From a virus (lineage: Duplodnaviria; Caudoviricetes), in the IMG/VR virus record IMGVR_UViG_3300036826_000033, positions 1-55,389 of that record: DNA of 55,389 nucleotides; one strand, given 5' to 3'. The position numbers and the translations under genes were made by a program. The notes beneath the pieces are model-generated. The model did not search any database and was not told the DNA's origin. It saw only the letters and a list, made by a program, of their open reading frames with translations. Below, piece after piece: positions 43,803-52,659 of the stretch; the stretch's first letter is position 1; every line of letters begins with the position of its first letter.

Positions 43803-45877
43803 GTCTTTCCCAACAAGTCTTCACAAACGCCGGCATCGACATGCTCGGTCAAGCGAACGCAGGCGTGCAGCTCACAATCGAAAAGATCGTCGTCGGCAAC
43901 GGCGGCGCAACAGGCGACAGCGACATCTATCCGCTCACGGCGTTGATCGGCTGGAAAGCCGACGTCGCCATCACGCGAAAAATCGATCAGGGAAACGGCA
44001 AGCTGCTCGTCAGCGGTGCACTGAACGAATGGGAGCTGACGGGTGCTCCGTTTCAACTGAAAGAGCTGGGCATCATGGCGCACACGGGCACGCTCGGCGG
44101 CGGCACGACGGGTCCAGCTGAAGCGCCATCACCGCCCGGTGGCGTGCCGGGTCCTGCGCCAGCGCCGACGCCACATGTGTCGGGAGTTTCGCAGCTTTAC
44201 TGCGCGAGCAACGTCTACGCAGACCCAGCTGATACGGTCACTCCGGGCGGAGTAAATCAGCACGCATTCGACATTCTCGTCGAGATTGATCGCGCGAGTG
44301 ACGTCACAGTCATCGTCGGCGACCCGACCACTGTCGACATTCAGAACGAACCGCCTGATGCGTCAGTCGGTCCCGGCTGGTATGACCAGCGCATCGGCAA
44401 CGTTTTCTACATCAAGCGCGCAGTCGCTGGCATCGGCATTGAACTCGATGATCAGACGAACACTGATCGCGTCGTGATCTCAGTCAAGACGCTCATGAAC
44501 GACGTCGACGTCTACGTGCCAGTGAATCATCATTCGAAGCCGCCCGGCGGTCTCGGCTTTGCATCGATTCAAGAGGCGCACGATTACTTGAAGGGCTTTC
44601 GCATTCCGTCTGACAAAATCGCGCGCATTCACGTCGACGCTGGCACTTTTAACAACGCACCACCAGCTCCGGGCGCTTCAGCGATCAACTTTTCGCATCC
44701 CGACTCGATGCAGATTCAGCTGCTCGGCGAGCCGTTCATCGAAAGAAACATCGCAGCAGGCGGCATTCAATCGAGCGTGCCGGGCGTCTCGAAAGACGTC
44801 TATCTTTCGAACACGAGCGGCTTGTCAGTCGGTCAGCGCATCTACATCGCGAGCGCTGGCAGCGGCTGGTGCGGTGGCTGCAAGATCAATTCGATTGTGA
44901 CGAACTCGAAGATCAACGTCTCAATCGAGAAAATGGACACGCGTCCGAACTACACGATCGCGGGCGGTGCAAACGTCGGCAAGATTCGCTGGTATCCGAC
45001 TGTCGTCGTCTGGTCGATCACGCCGAGTCGCGCACCTGCTTCGGGCGAGATGCTGCTGAACATGCCGAACGGTATCGGGCTGATTCAGAACATCTGCTTC
45101 GACGGCGGGTTCTACTGTCTCACACCGCTCGCGGGCGGCATCGTCGACTGCGCGATCATCTGCATCGCGAAACCGGGCGGCTTTCGCACACGTCGCGGCA
45201 TCAGCGGCGGCGCTGGCACTGTCGGTCTCGGCGGCGAGTGCTGCATCACGATGTGCGACTTCGGCATCACTGGCATCGGCACAATGTATGCGTTCGATCA
45301 GACCTACATCACGGGCTGCGGGCAGGCGATCTCTCCGAGCGGAGCTGGGTTCGCGATTGGTTCGATCACGGGCAACATGGACAACACAATCGTCTATCTC
45401 ATCCACAATCAATACGCGATCAACGTCGGGAATGGTGCGAGCTTCGACGGCGGCTCGATCATCTTCGATTCGAACGACTATGCGATCAACTGTCGCGGCG
45501 GCGCGACCGTGCTCATGAACGTCGCCTACACGTCAGTCATTGCGCGCTGTGGCAGCGATCTCGTCGCGCAAGGCATGGGTTACATTCAGTATGACCGCTG
45601 GCAGCAAGGTCTGCCGAACTGCAGCCCGGCTGTCTCGCTCGTGCCGGGGGGCCCGCCTGCGCCAAATCAGCAATACCAAGGCGAAGGCAATCAGAACGCG
45701 TGCATCTTTCTGCTGAACTCGTCGCTGCCGCCGCGTGGAGTCGGTGTTGCTGGCGGCGGTGGGTCAGTGCCAGCTCCGACGCTGAGCAGCTCGCGCTTTG
45801 AGATCACGCCGAGCGTCGGTGATCGCGTGCTCGATGAAGCGATCAAGCAGGTGGGTGCTACGGCTTCAGAAAGATGA
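43799..45877 (+). CDS. Tail fibre protein (gpH-like N-terminus, beta-helix-like C-terminus)
   Basis: FTNAGIDML, IVVGNG, LKELGIMA; FASIQEA...IHVDAGTF; Gly/Cys-rich repeats. Confidence 0.85.
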   Translation: MSLSQQVFTNAGIDMLGQANAGVQLTIEKIVVGNGGATGDSDIYPLTALIGWKADVAITRKIDQGNGKLLVSGALNEWELTGAPFQLKELGIMAHTGTLGGGTTGPAEAPSPPGGVPGPAPAPTPHVSGVSQLYCASNVYADPADTVTPGGVNQHAFDILVEIDRASDVTVIVGDPTTVDIQNEPPDASVGPGWYDQRIGNVFYIKRAVAGIGIELDDQTNTDRVVISVKTLMNDVDVYVPVNHHSKPPGGLGFASIQEAHDYLKGFRIPSDKIARIHVDAGTFNNAPPAPGASAINFSHPDSMQIQLLGEPFIERNIAAGGIQSSVPGVSKDVYLSNTSGLSVGQRIYIASAGSGWCGGCKINSIVTNSKINVSIEKMDTRPNYTIAGGANVGKIRWYPTVVVWSITPSRAPASGEMLLNMPNGIGLIQNICFDGGFYCLTPLAGGIVDCAIICIAKPGGFRTRRGISGGAGTVGLGGECCITMCDFGITGIGTMYAFDQTYITGCGQAISPSGAGFAIGSITGNMDNTIVYLIHNQYAINVGNGASFDGGSIIFDSNDYAINCRGGATVLMNVAYTSVIARCGSDLVAQGMGYIQYDRWQQGLPNCSPAVSLVPGGPPAPNQQYQGEGNQNACIFLLNSSLPPRGVGVAGGGGSVPAPTLSSSRFEITPSVGDRVLDEAIKQVGATASER

Positions 45878-46778
45878 GACAGTATTCGTGACGCTTCGGC
45901 AGAATCTTCTGACTGACGATCTGAGACGCGAATGCAGCGCGCATTGACGTGCCGAGATCAGTGATCGCGATGTCGTGCTGTTTGAAGCCAGCGTCGCGCA
46001 GGCAGCGAATCGTGTCGCCGTGGTAGTTGTAGAACTTCCCGTCGTAGCGAAAATCGTTGACGCACCAGACACAGAAACTGCCACTGCGCAGACAGCGAAA
46101 GTTCTCGCGCATGACGTTCGTGAGCTTGTGCAGGAAAGTCGGATAGTCGTTCTTGCCGAGCTGCTGCATCTCGTCGCCGTAGTCTTCGAGGCACCAGTAG
46201 GGCGGCGATGTGATCGTGAAGTCGCCGACGTTGCTCTTCACTGGCATGTGCTGCGAATCGCACTCGTGCAGCTCGATTGTCGCTTTGTTCAGCGTCTGAT
46301 TCTTGAACAGATCGTCGTCACCGCGTGCAAGCAATCGTTTTCTCACTTCGAAATTCGCGAGCATGAATTTGTGTGACAGATCGCAGCCAATGTAGTTTCG
46401 ACGCTCACGATAGCACAGCTCCATGCGCGAATTGTGCCCAGCGAACGGGTCAACAACAGTGTCACCGGGCTTTGTGTAGAGTCGCAGCAAGATGCGCCCG
46501 ACATTCTGCGGAAAGCGCGAGAGTGCTCCCCAGCGCGCACCGGCGCCGCTGAGCATGAAAAGATCATGCTTCGTCGCGTCTTCAGCTGTGACGATCTGCT
46601 TGTCTTTGCCGTAGCCGGTCGATTGATAGTCGCGACCTTGCTCGTCGACGAGCAGATCAATCGCTTTGTCGCTCGTGTTATAGCGCAAGATTGACTCAGG
46701 AATCTCAGCGCCGAACAAGCGACTGATCTTTTCGCGCGTGTCGCGCGATTGTTCGACGTCAGCAAGCGTCTTGCCCAT
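45858..46778 (-). CDS. DNA amino-methyltransferase (N4-C/N6-A)
   Basis: Motif I VVDPFAG precedes motif IV TSPPYW; HEYCLIF. Confidence 0.9.
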   Translation of the reverse strand: MGKTLADVEQSRDTREKISRLFGAEIPESILRYNTSDKAIDLLVDEQGRDYQSTGYGKDKQIVTAEDATKHDLFMLSGAGARWGALSRFPQNVGRILLRLYTKPGDTVVDPFAGHNSRMELCYRERRNYIGCDLSHKFMLANFEVRKRLLARGDDDLFKNQTLNKATIELHECDSQHMPVKSNVGDFTITSPPYWCLEDYGDEMQQLGKNDYPTFLHKLTNVMRENFRCLRSGSFCVWCVNDFRYDGKFYNYHGDTIRCLRDAGFKQHDIAITDLGTSMRAAFASQIVSQKILPKRHEYCLIFLKP

Positions 46779-46861
46779 GGTCTGCTGTTATGACTCTACC
46801 ACAGCATCAAAACCGTTTCCAGAGCTATTTTAGAGCGTCCGGGAGTGCGTCCGTGAGCAGC

Positions 46862-47905
46862 TCACAAGAGCTGATCGCTGCGATTCGCAGCTGCAGCTTT
46901 TGACGGTCGTTTCGCAGCGTGCTCGTCGAGCGCTTTCATGACGACGTCCCAGTTCTCTTCGCGCAGCATCTCAGCGATGCGCTCTTCTGGTATCAGCTCG
47001 AACTTGCCTTGCTCAGCATCAATCCAGCCCTCAGTGAGCGCGACATTGACGAAGTCTTGCGGCGTGCAGTTCCCGATTGCGAGCATCTCAGTCATGCGCT
47101 TGTGCGCAGCTGAAAGTGCAGGCTCAGTAGGGGCCGAAGGGCGAGTCTGGCTCTTTCTTTTCAGCGACGGCGCCGGGACGTCTTTTTTTTTCTGTTCAGC
47201 GGGCTGATCTGTTTCTGTCGGTCGCGTCGGTTCAACGACTTCTGCAGTTGAAACAGGCTCGCCGTTGTTCGGCGGTTGAAACGTCGGTCGCGCGATCTCT
47301 TCAGCTTTGACGACTGCAGGCATCTCTTCGCTGATGTAAAGCCCGCCGAGCATCGTCGGAAACGAGCTGCGCAGCGCATCAGCTTCAGCGCATTTCACGA
47401 TCATCCCTGCAGGGTCGTCGCGCCAGATGCCATAGTTCTTGTTGAAGCGCGCGAGTCGCACACGCTTTTTCATCGGGTGCGTTCGATTCTTGAAAAAGAC
47501 TGTTGCCCAGCCGCCGAGAATCTGATCATTCGGCATGTGCCAGTCACCGACAAGCTCGATGACGTCGTCGCCACGCTTGACGATGGTGCCGCTTTCCATG
47601 CCGTCAAATTCAGGGTGCAGCTCAGCGCGTTTCAAGAACGCTTGATGCGCAGTGATCAGCGAGAACGTCGGCCCCGTCTGCGAATCGTAGCCGATCAAGA
47701 ACGCATCGCCCTCGAACGGGTTCAGCTTTCGCGCTTGGCACATCAGCATGAACTTGAACGCATCTTCATCAGTGCAGCTTTTGCCCGTCTTCGTCTTCAC
47801 TGCGACGAGTCGCTTCACGATCTCAATCGACAGCTGAATCTTGTCTTTCGTGCCGAATGGAGTGAACTCAACGATTGATTTCTCTTCAGTCTCAGTCTTC
47901 GCCAT
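46862..47905 (-). CDS. bet: Single-strand annealing recombinase (Bet/RecT family)
   Basis: FMLMCQARKLNPF, RAELHPEFDG, GGWATV, MIVKCAEADALRSSFP..LGGLYISEE. Confidence 0.9.
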   Translation of the reverse strand: MAKTETEEKSIVEFTPFGTKDKIQLSIEIVKRLVAVKTKTGKSCTDEDAFKFMLMCQARKLNPFEGDAFLIGYDSQTGPTFSLITAHQAFLKRAELHPEFDGMESGTIVKRGDDVIELVGDWHMPNDQILGGWATVFFKNRTHPMKKRVRLARFNKNYGIWRDDPAGMIVKCAEADALRSSFPTMLGGLYISEEMPAVVKAEEIARPTFQPPNNGEPVSTAEVVEPTRPTETDQPAEQKKKDVPAPSLKRKSQTRPSAPTEPALSAAHKRMTEMLAIGNCTPQDFVNVALTEGWIDAEQGKFELIPEERIAEMLREENWDVVMKALDEHAAKRPSKAAAANRSDQLL

Positions 47906-48194
47906 TTTCGCTGTCCTCCGTTCTGACTTTGAGATCGTCTTTGCCGTGCTTCAGCGTGACGATCAAATCCTCGTGACGATAGATGATCGTGCCATCTTTG
48001 TCAGTGCCGATTTTCTCTGCGTTCGCACGCAGCGCGCCAATCAGTTTGCCCTTTGCTTCGACCTCTTTGCGCGTCATGTCCATGCGCTTGTCGCGCTTGC
48101 CGACATATTCATCGACGCAGTCGTCGACCTCAGGGATTGAGATCGGCGCAACGCCCTTGCCGGTGATGCCCGGCAGATCACTTGCTTTTGCCAT
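47892..48194 (-). CDS. Hypothetical protein
   Basis: MAKASDLPG...RDKRMDMTRKEVEAK. Confidence 0.7.
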   Translation of the reverse strand: MAKASDLPGITGKGVAPISIPEVDDCVDEYVGKRDKRMDMTRKEVEAKGKLIGALRANAEKIGTDKDGTIIYRHEDLIVTLKHGKDDLKVRTEDSENGED

Positions 48195-48222
48195 AGTTGT
48201 TGTTCTCCGTGTTGTTATCATT

Positions 48223-48501
48223 TCACAATCCCGCACTCGGCGGGTCGTAGTCTGCGCTGCCAATCATCCAATAGTGAACGAGCATCAGCGCATTGAAAAG
48301 ATCATTGTCACCCTCAGAATAGTCGACCATCGTCTCGTCGACGTAGTAATTGCGACCGATTAGATCAGCGCTCATGCGCTGCTCAAGCACTGCGATCGAT
48401 TGCTCGATCACTTCACGCGCTTGTGGGTTCCACCGGTTTTTGAGTGTCAGCGCTTTTTTCAGCGCCATGATTTCGCTCTCGATCTCTTTGTCGCTTCTCA
48501 T
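48223..48501 (-). CDS. Hypothetical protein
   Basis: 92-aa ORF in chain. Confidence 0.6.
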   Translation of the reverse strand: MRSDKEIESEIMALKKALTLKNRWNPQAREVIEQSIAVLEQRMSADLIGRNYYVDETMVDYSEGDNDLFNALMLVHYWMIGSADYDPPSAGL

Positions 48502-48754
48502 CTTTCAGCTTTTTCATTGCCGCCTCGAACTGCTTGTCGTCGATGATGTTCATCTTCGAGACGAAAAATTCTGACTGCGGGTCGTTCATCAAGTCTTCAG
48601 GCTTGAGCATGACACAGTCGCAGATGCCCTTGCACTTGCACGGTTTGTTGACGCTGACGAGCTGCTCGTGCGGCTCTTGTTCTTTGCGTTCGCGCACGAT
48701 CTTGAAGAAAATCGCTTTCTCGTCGGCGCCGACTGCTGTGATTGTTGTTTTCAT
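48413..48754 (-). CDS. Hypothetical protein
   Basis: CKC..ICDC motif; overlaps the downstream gene. Confidence 0.5.
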   Translation of the reverse strand: MKTTITAVGADEKAIFFKIVRERKEQEPHEQLVSVNKPCKCKGICDCVMLKPEDLMNDPQSEFFVSKMNIIDDKQFEAAMKKLKDEKRQRDRERNHGAEKSADTQKPVEPTSA

Positions 48755-48914
48755 TTCTTGATTGGTTCAAACCGCAATTTGTAGATGCTGGGCACTTGAC
48801 GCGCTTCACCATCGCGAACGTGCGCACGCAGATGCGAGACGCGAGCGCGAGCGTTGTTTGTGAGCGGATGCCCACAAATCTCGCATGGTTTCTTGCCGAA
48901 GTATTTTGTCGCGC

Positions 48915-49241
48915 TCATCGCGTGATCTTGAGATTCGCTCGACGCAGATCAAAGCAGCAGCCGTTCTCGAAGTCGACACGGACTTTCGGGTCGCTGATGC
49001 CCGCGATCAGTCGATGCAAGAGCGGTCGCTGCACTCCGTTGATGGGGCCATGCGTGCGAAAATAGCACTGCCCGTTCTCTTCATTGCGCTCGCGCCACCA
49101 GTCATGTTGATCGATGAGCGATTCGATGTCTGGATTCACGATCACGGAATGCACCTTGGCGATGCGCTTGAGCACGCCGGGCTTGCCGTTGAAAATGCTT
49201 TCCAGTGCGACTAGATCGCTGTTGAAGAGTTCGAACTTCAC
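48915..49241 (-). CDS. Degenerate HNH-endonuclease-like protein
   Basis: LLHRLIAG...VDFENGCCFDLRRANL versus canonical LHRxI...VDHINGxxLDNRRxNL; His and Asn replaced. Confidence 0.6.
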   Translation of the reverse strand: MKFELFNSDLVALESIFNGKPGVLKRIAKVHSVIVNPDIESLIDQHDWWRERNEENGQCYFRTHGPINGVQRPLLHRLIAGISDPKVRVDFENGCCFDLRRANLKITR

Positions 49242-49468
49242 TCTGCAGCAGAGTCGTTTTTCGTGTTCGCTTTTGCTGTTTTCTTCGCAGCGCGCGCAGC
49301 GGCTTTCTTGCCGTGAATCACTTCGTCGCAGACCTTCTGCAGTCTGCGCAAGTGACTGCGTGCCTGCTTCGCAGCTTTGTCAGCGCGCTCGATCTCTTGC
49401 TTGCGTTGTTCTGGCGACATCTTCTCGATGCGCGCCCTCAATTTTGTTTCTGCTTTTTCTTTTGTCAT
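49238..49468 (-). CDS. Basic coiled-coil hypothetical protein
   Basis: 76-aa ORF. Confidence 0.6.
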   Translation of the reverse strand: MTKEKAETKLRARIEKMSPEQRKQEIERADKAAKQARSHLRRLQKVCDEVIHGKKAAARAAKKTAKANTKNDSAAE

Positions 49469-49472
49469 AGAG

Positions 49473-50057
49473 TTACTCTCCCATGAGTTCTTTGAACTCT
49501 TTTTGGTGCAATGCCTTCAATGGTTTGCCAAGTCGTTTTATTTCTCGTTGTGCGACGCGCTTCGAAACGTTGCCGCGTCCCCATTCGAGCGTCCAACGAT
49601 CTTCGACTGCAGCGATCTTGCCGAGTGCGCTGCGACGTCCGATTGCTTGATAGGCGATCATCATCGGGTCGTGACGCGCGCCTTTCGCTGTCAGCAGTCT
49701 GACGCCATGCGCTTTGCGTCCCCTGCCGCCACCGGCAATGGACATTGCGATCTTCATCGGCGTGTCCGGTTCTTTGCGTCGAAAGTTGTCGAAGTAGAAC
49801 TCAGTCACGAGCATGACGCAGATTGCATGATGACGACGCAGCTGCTTCTCAGATTGATGCCAGCAGCGCACGATCTCTTCGTGATCGCTGTCAGTCATGC
49901 TGCGCTCGAACAAATCAAACGCGATCTCGGCAAAAGTCAGTTTGAAATGACCGTTGTCGAGTTCGCGCCGCAGGTATTGTGTGAGCGTCCATGGCTTGAG
50001 ATAGTGTTTTGTCTTTGGCGTGCGCCAATCATTCTTGAGTCGTTTTTGTTTTGCCAT
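49473..50057 (-). CDS. Hypothetical basic protein
   Basis: GGAGG RBS; 194 aa. Confidence 0.7.
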   Translation of the reverse strand: MAKQKRLKNDWRTPKTKHYLKPWTLTQYLRRELDNGHFKLTFAEIAFDLFERSMTDSDHEEIVRCWHQSEKQLRRHHAICVMLVTEFYFDNFRRKEPDTPMKIAMSIAGGGRGRKAHGVRLLTAKGARHDPMMIAYQAIGRRSALGKIAAVEDRWTLEWGRGNVSKRVAQREIKRLGKPLKALHQKEFKELMGE

Positions 50058-50070
50058 AGTCCTCCATCTG

Positions 50071-50703
50071 TTACATCATCAGCTCCGCGCGCTGTAGGGT
50101 GTCGAGCAGAAGTTCTTTCGCAGCGCCGAGTCGACGCATCACATCGTTCGAGCCGCCCTTGTCGGGGTGCAGCTTGACTGAGAGAACGCGAAAGCCCGCG
50201 TTGATGATCTTCTCTGCGAGATCGAGCACCAGCTCATTTTCTTGCTCTTTCTTCGTGCGCGGCACTTCAAAGCGACTTGCTTCATCTTCATCGACTTCCT
50301 CGTCGACGATCTTGCGATATTGGTCGCGCGGACGGTTGAAGTCTTGCGCTTTGCCGTTCGGTCTCGTGACGTGTCGCAACGGTGGCAGATTCTCTTCGAG
50401 CTGAGCAGGTTCAATTTTGCCGAGTTTCTCGCGGTAGTTCATGTATTCAAGACGTGACTCGCGACGCATCTTGCCGGGCAGATTCGCGTTGCAAAATTGC
50501 CCGAACTCTTTGTCGCTCTTGAACGTCATGCGCAGCTGAATCAGTTTTTCGCCGAGTGTGTAGTAGTAGCGACGCCTGATCTGTTCCAAGCTCGATTGAA
50601 GACTGCACCAAGCGTCTCCGATCTCGCCCGCCAATGTTTCGCGCAGTCTCTTCAATGCGCCGACTTCGTCTTTTGACAGTGCTGTAGTGGTATTTTTTTT
50701 CAT
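50071..50703 (-). CDS. Protein with C-terminal J-domain-like (HPD) module
   Basis: GFRVLSVKLHPDKGGSNDVMRRLGAAKELL. Confidence 0.75.
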   Translation of the reverse strand: MKKNTTTALSKDEVGALKRLRETLAGEIGDAWCSLQSSLEQIRRRYYYTLGEKLIQLRMTFKSDKEFGQFCNANLPGKMRRESRLEYMNYREKLGKIEPAQLEENLPPLRHVTRPNGKAQDFNRPRDQYRKIVDEEVDEDEASRFEVPRTKKEQENELVLDLAEKIINAGFRVLSVKLHPDKGGSNDVMRRLGAAKELLLDTLQRAELMM

Positions 50704-50772
50704 GATGATATTTCGCTCAAGCTGTTCTCCGAGTTTGCCGGCGCCAAGTTCTTGAAAAAGTTGCCAAGCGAC

Positions 50773-50810
50773 ACAATGACACAGAGCAAAAAAGTGCGCA
50801 AGTAGAAAAT
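50773..50810 (-). promoter_or_regulatory. Early promoter motif variant (copy 6)
   Basis: TTGCGC-N17-CATTGT; shares AGTGCGCAAGTAGAAAAT with copy 3. Confidence 0.6.
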
Positions 50811-50825
50811 CTCAACCGTGTGCTG

Positions 50826-50859
50826 AATCCTACTGAGTGCCGCGGCACTCAGTAGGATT
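50826..50859. repeat. Perfect 34-bp palindrome
   Basis: AATCCTACTGAGTGCCG|CGGCACTCAGTAGGATT with no spacer. Confidence 0.9.
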
Positions 50860-51262
50860 TGTCTGGTAAGCGAATCACACGGCGAGTCGTCTGTCGCTTG
50901 ATCGTGTTCGAGCGCTCAGCTTCGTCGTCAGCTGCAAACTGCGTCCCGAAGATCACATAGTCGTAGAATCGCTTGAGCATCTCGTCGCTGATCGAGTCGA
51001 TCTTCGCGCGCGCGACCTTGTTCAGATTTGCGAGCGTGACTGTCCATTTCAGCCCGCAATGACTGCACTTGAACGTGATCGAGTGCTCGCTGCGACGATA
51101 GATCACACCGAGCAGCTCTTTCATCGACATCGATTGTTCGCGACTGAGCGCTGCTTTGACTGCGCTCGTCAGCGCGCATGACGGGCAAACGCCCGCGACT
51201 GAACGAATTGCGAAGCGATGATTGCTTGGAAGTTTGTCATCTTGATTGCGGAGTCTCTTCAT
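50849..51262 (-). CDS. Zinc-ribbon hypothetical protein
   Basis: CPSC...CSHC. Confidence 0.65.
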   Translation of the reverse strand: MKRLRNQDDKLPSNHRFAIRSVAGVCPSCALTSAVKAALSREQSMSMKELLGVIYRRSEHSITFKCSHCGLKWTVTLANLNKVARAKIDSISDEMLKRFYDYVIFGTQFAADDEAERSNTIKRQTTRRVIRLPDKSY

Positions 51263-51274
51263 GAGCTGTCATGA

Positions 51275-51290
51275 TGTTCTACGTGAAACG
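51275..51290. promoter_or_regulatory. parS-like site
   Basis: TGTTCTACGTGAAACG matches TGTTTCACGTGAAACA at 13/16; lies in a 40-bp intergenic gap. Confidence 0.55.
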
Positions 51291-51302
51291 TTGAGCGAAG
51301 TT

Positions 51303-51494
51303 TCAATTTCGCAGCGCGACATTTTCGCACTCTTTGATGACGTCTTCGCTGCACACGATTGATCTGATCTCGCCGTTCTTGCGCAGCACGAGCATGTCGC
51401 CGTCGCCGCTGAGCGCGAGCACTTTGACGACCTCAGGCTTTTTCATCTTCAGACGTGCGACGACGCAAGATGGATTGATCGTCTCGCTGAACAT
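51303..51494 (-). CDS. Hypothetical protein
   Basis: TGATG coupling to the upstream gene. Confidence 0.55.
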   Translation of the reverse strand: MFSETINPSCVVARLKMKKPEVVKVLALSGDGDMLVLRKNGEIRSIVCSEDVIKECENVALRN

Positions 51495-51958
51495 CAGAAT
51501 GGGTTCGGCTTGTAGCTTCGGCAATACGGCAGCTTGTTGCGCTGCTCGCGATATTCATCGCTCACTTGATGTCTGATCGCCCAGATCGAGCGCGCATGTG
51601 CTCTTTCTCGACTCATGTGCGTGTCGAAATGCGAGCAGCCGAACGGCGCGACAGCGTGAATCTTGCAGCGATCATTCTCGTCGAGAAAAACGCAGCGACC
51701 CCGCTTCATCTGTGGCACGATCGTGCCGACGCGATGCGTTGAACCGTCACTGATCTTGACGAGCGCGCCCGGCGACGCGCAAAAGAATTTCTGCGCAAGC
51801 TCATCACGCGTGAGCATTTCAATCGGCGGCATCTTGACGATGATGTAGTCAAGAATGCGGTCGAGATCGCCATCGACAAGCGGCCCCGGCTGACGCTTGC
51901 ACAGTTTCGTGCAGTCAGTGCAGGCGCAGCTCGTGCGCGTGAATGGATAGTCGGTCAT
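51494..51958 (-). CDS. YkgJ/CxxCxxCC-like cysteine-cluster protein
   Basis: CACTDCTKLCK...CVFLDENDRCKIH..APFGC. Confidence 0.75.
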   Translation of the reverse strand: MTDYPFTRTSCACTDCTKLCKRQPGPLVDGDLDRILDYIIVKMPPIEMLTRDELAQKFFCASPGALVKISDGSTHRVGTIVPQMKRGRCVFLDENDRCKIHAVAPFGCSHFDTHMSRERAHARSIWAIRHQVSDEYREQRNKLPYCRSYKPNPF

Positions 51959-52167
51959 GCTGCAGCTCTTTCAGCGGCGGAGAAGTGCTTGTTGTAGACT
52001 TCCTTGCGATTCTTCATGCCGAAGGTGAGCAGAGCTTCGACCCAGTCTTGCATCGGCACGCTGTTCGTCACCGAGAAGATTCGAAGCTCTTTGTGCAGCA
52101 CGTCACTGATCTTCACAGTGCGCGTCATGGGCGGCGTCTTGATCTTGTTTGCCGTAGTTGTCTTCAT
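51955..52167 (-). CDS. Ribbon-helix-helix-like regulator
   Basis: TVKISDVLHKELRIFS...MQDWVEALL; first gene at the divergence point. Confidence 0.6.
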   Translation of the reverse strand: MKTTTANKIKTPPMTRTVKISDVLHKELRIFSVTNSVPMQDWVEALLTFGMKNRKEVYNKHFSAAERAAA

Positions 52168-52204
52168 TGAAAAGCGAGCTTGACACAAAAACACAGGTGC
52201 GCAA
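52168..52204 (-). promoter_or_regulatory. Divergent promoter region (motif copy 7 on minus strand; TTGACA on plus strand)
   Basis: Minus: TTGCGC-N10-TTGTGT-CAAGCT-N9-ATG; plus: TTGACA at 52180. Confidence 0.6.
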
Positions 52205-52236
52205 GTCTTTTTTCAGTGAAAAAGAAAGGCTTCGAG

Positions 52237-52659
52237 ATGACGCGCGAGCAGGCTGACGCGCATCAACGCAAGCACGGCTTCCCGCCGCTGATCAAACAAG
52301 AGAAACTGCCAGAGCTGATCGACACAATCAGCAAGGTGAAGCGCAAGCTGCGTGTCGGCACGCGCAAGATGAATCAGACTGAGCGCGAGTTCGAAGTGCT
52401 GCTGAACGTGCAGAAGATGAACAAGCAGATTCTCGATTTTCGTTTCGAGGGCGTCGTGCTGCAGTGGGGTGACGGGATGCGTTTCAAAGCTGACTTCAGT
52501 GTGCTGCAGATCACTGGCAAGACGAAGCTGATCGAGGTCAAGGGAAAGCACATCTGGAAGCACGCCATCGTGCGCTTCAAAGGTTGTCGCGCTGAATGGA
52601 AGCAATGGTTCGACTTCGAATTTTGGCAGAAAGATACAATATGGCAACAACTACTGTGA
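52237..52659 (+). CDS. DUF1064-like PD-(D/E)xK nuclease
   Basis: MNQTEREF, FKADF, LIEVKG. Confidence 0.75.
   Translation: MTREQADAHQRKHGFPPLIKQEKLPELIDTISKVKRKLRVGTRKMNQTEREFEVLLNVQKMNKQILDFRFEGVVLQWGDGMRFKADFSVLQITGKTKLIEVKGKHIWKHAIVRFKGCRAEWKQWFDFEFWQKDTIWQQLL

Noticed and set aside
43799-45877. Diversity-generating retroelement or invertible fibre cassette
   Set aside because: No reverse transcriptase, invertase or template/variable repeat pair seen
48915-49241. Active HNH homing endonuclease
   Set aside because: Key His and Asn positions are replaced (VDF, DLRR)
50826-50859. N15-like telomere resolution site of a linear phage-plasmid
   Set aside because: No protelomerase is recognisable and genes continue in the same orientation across it
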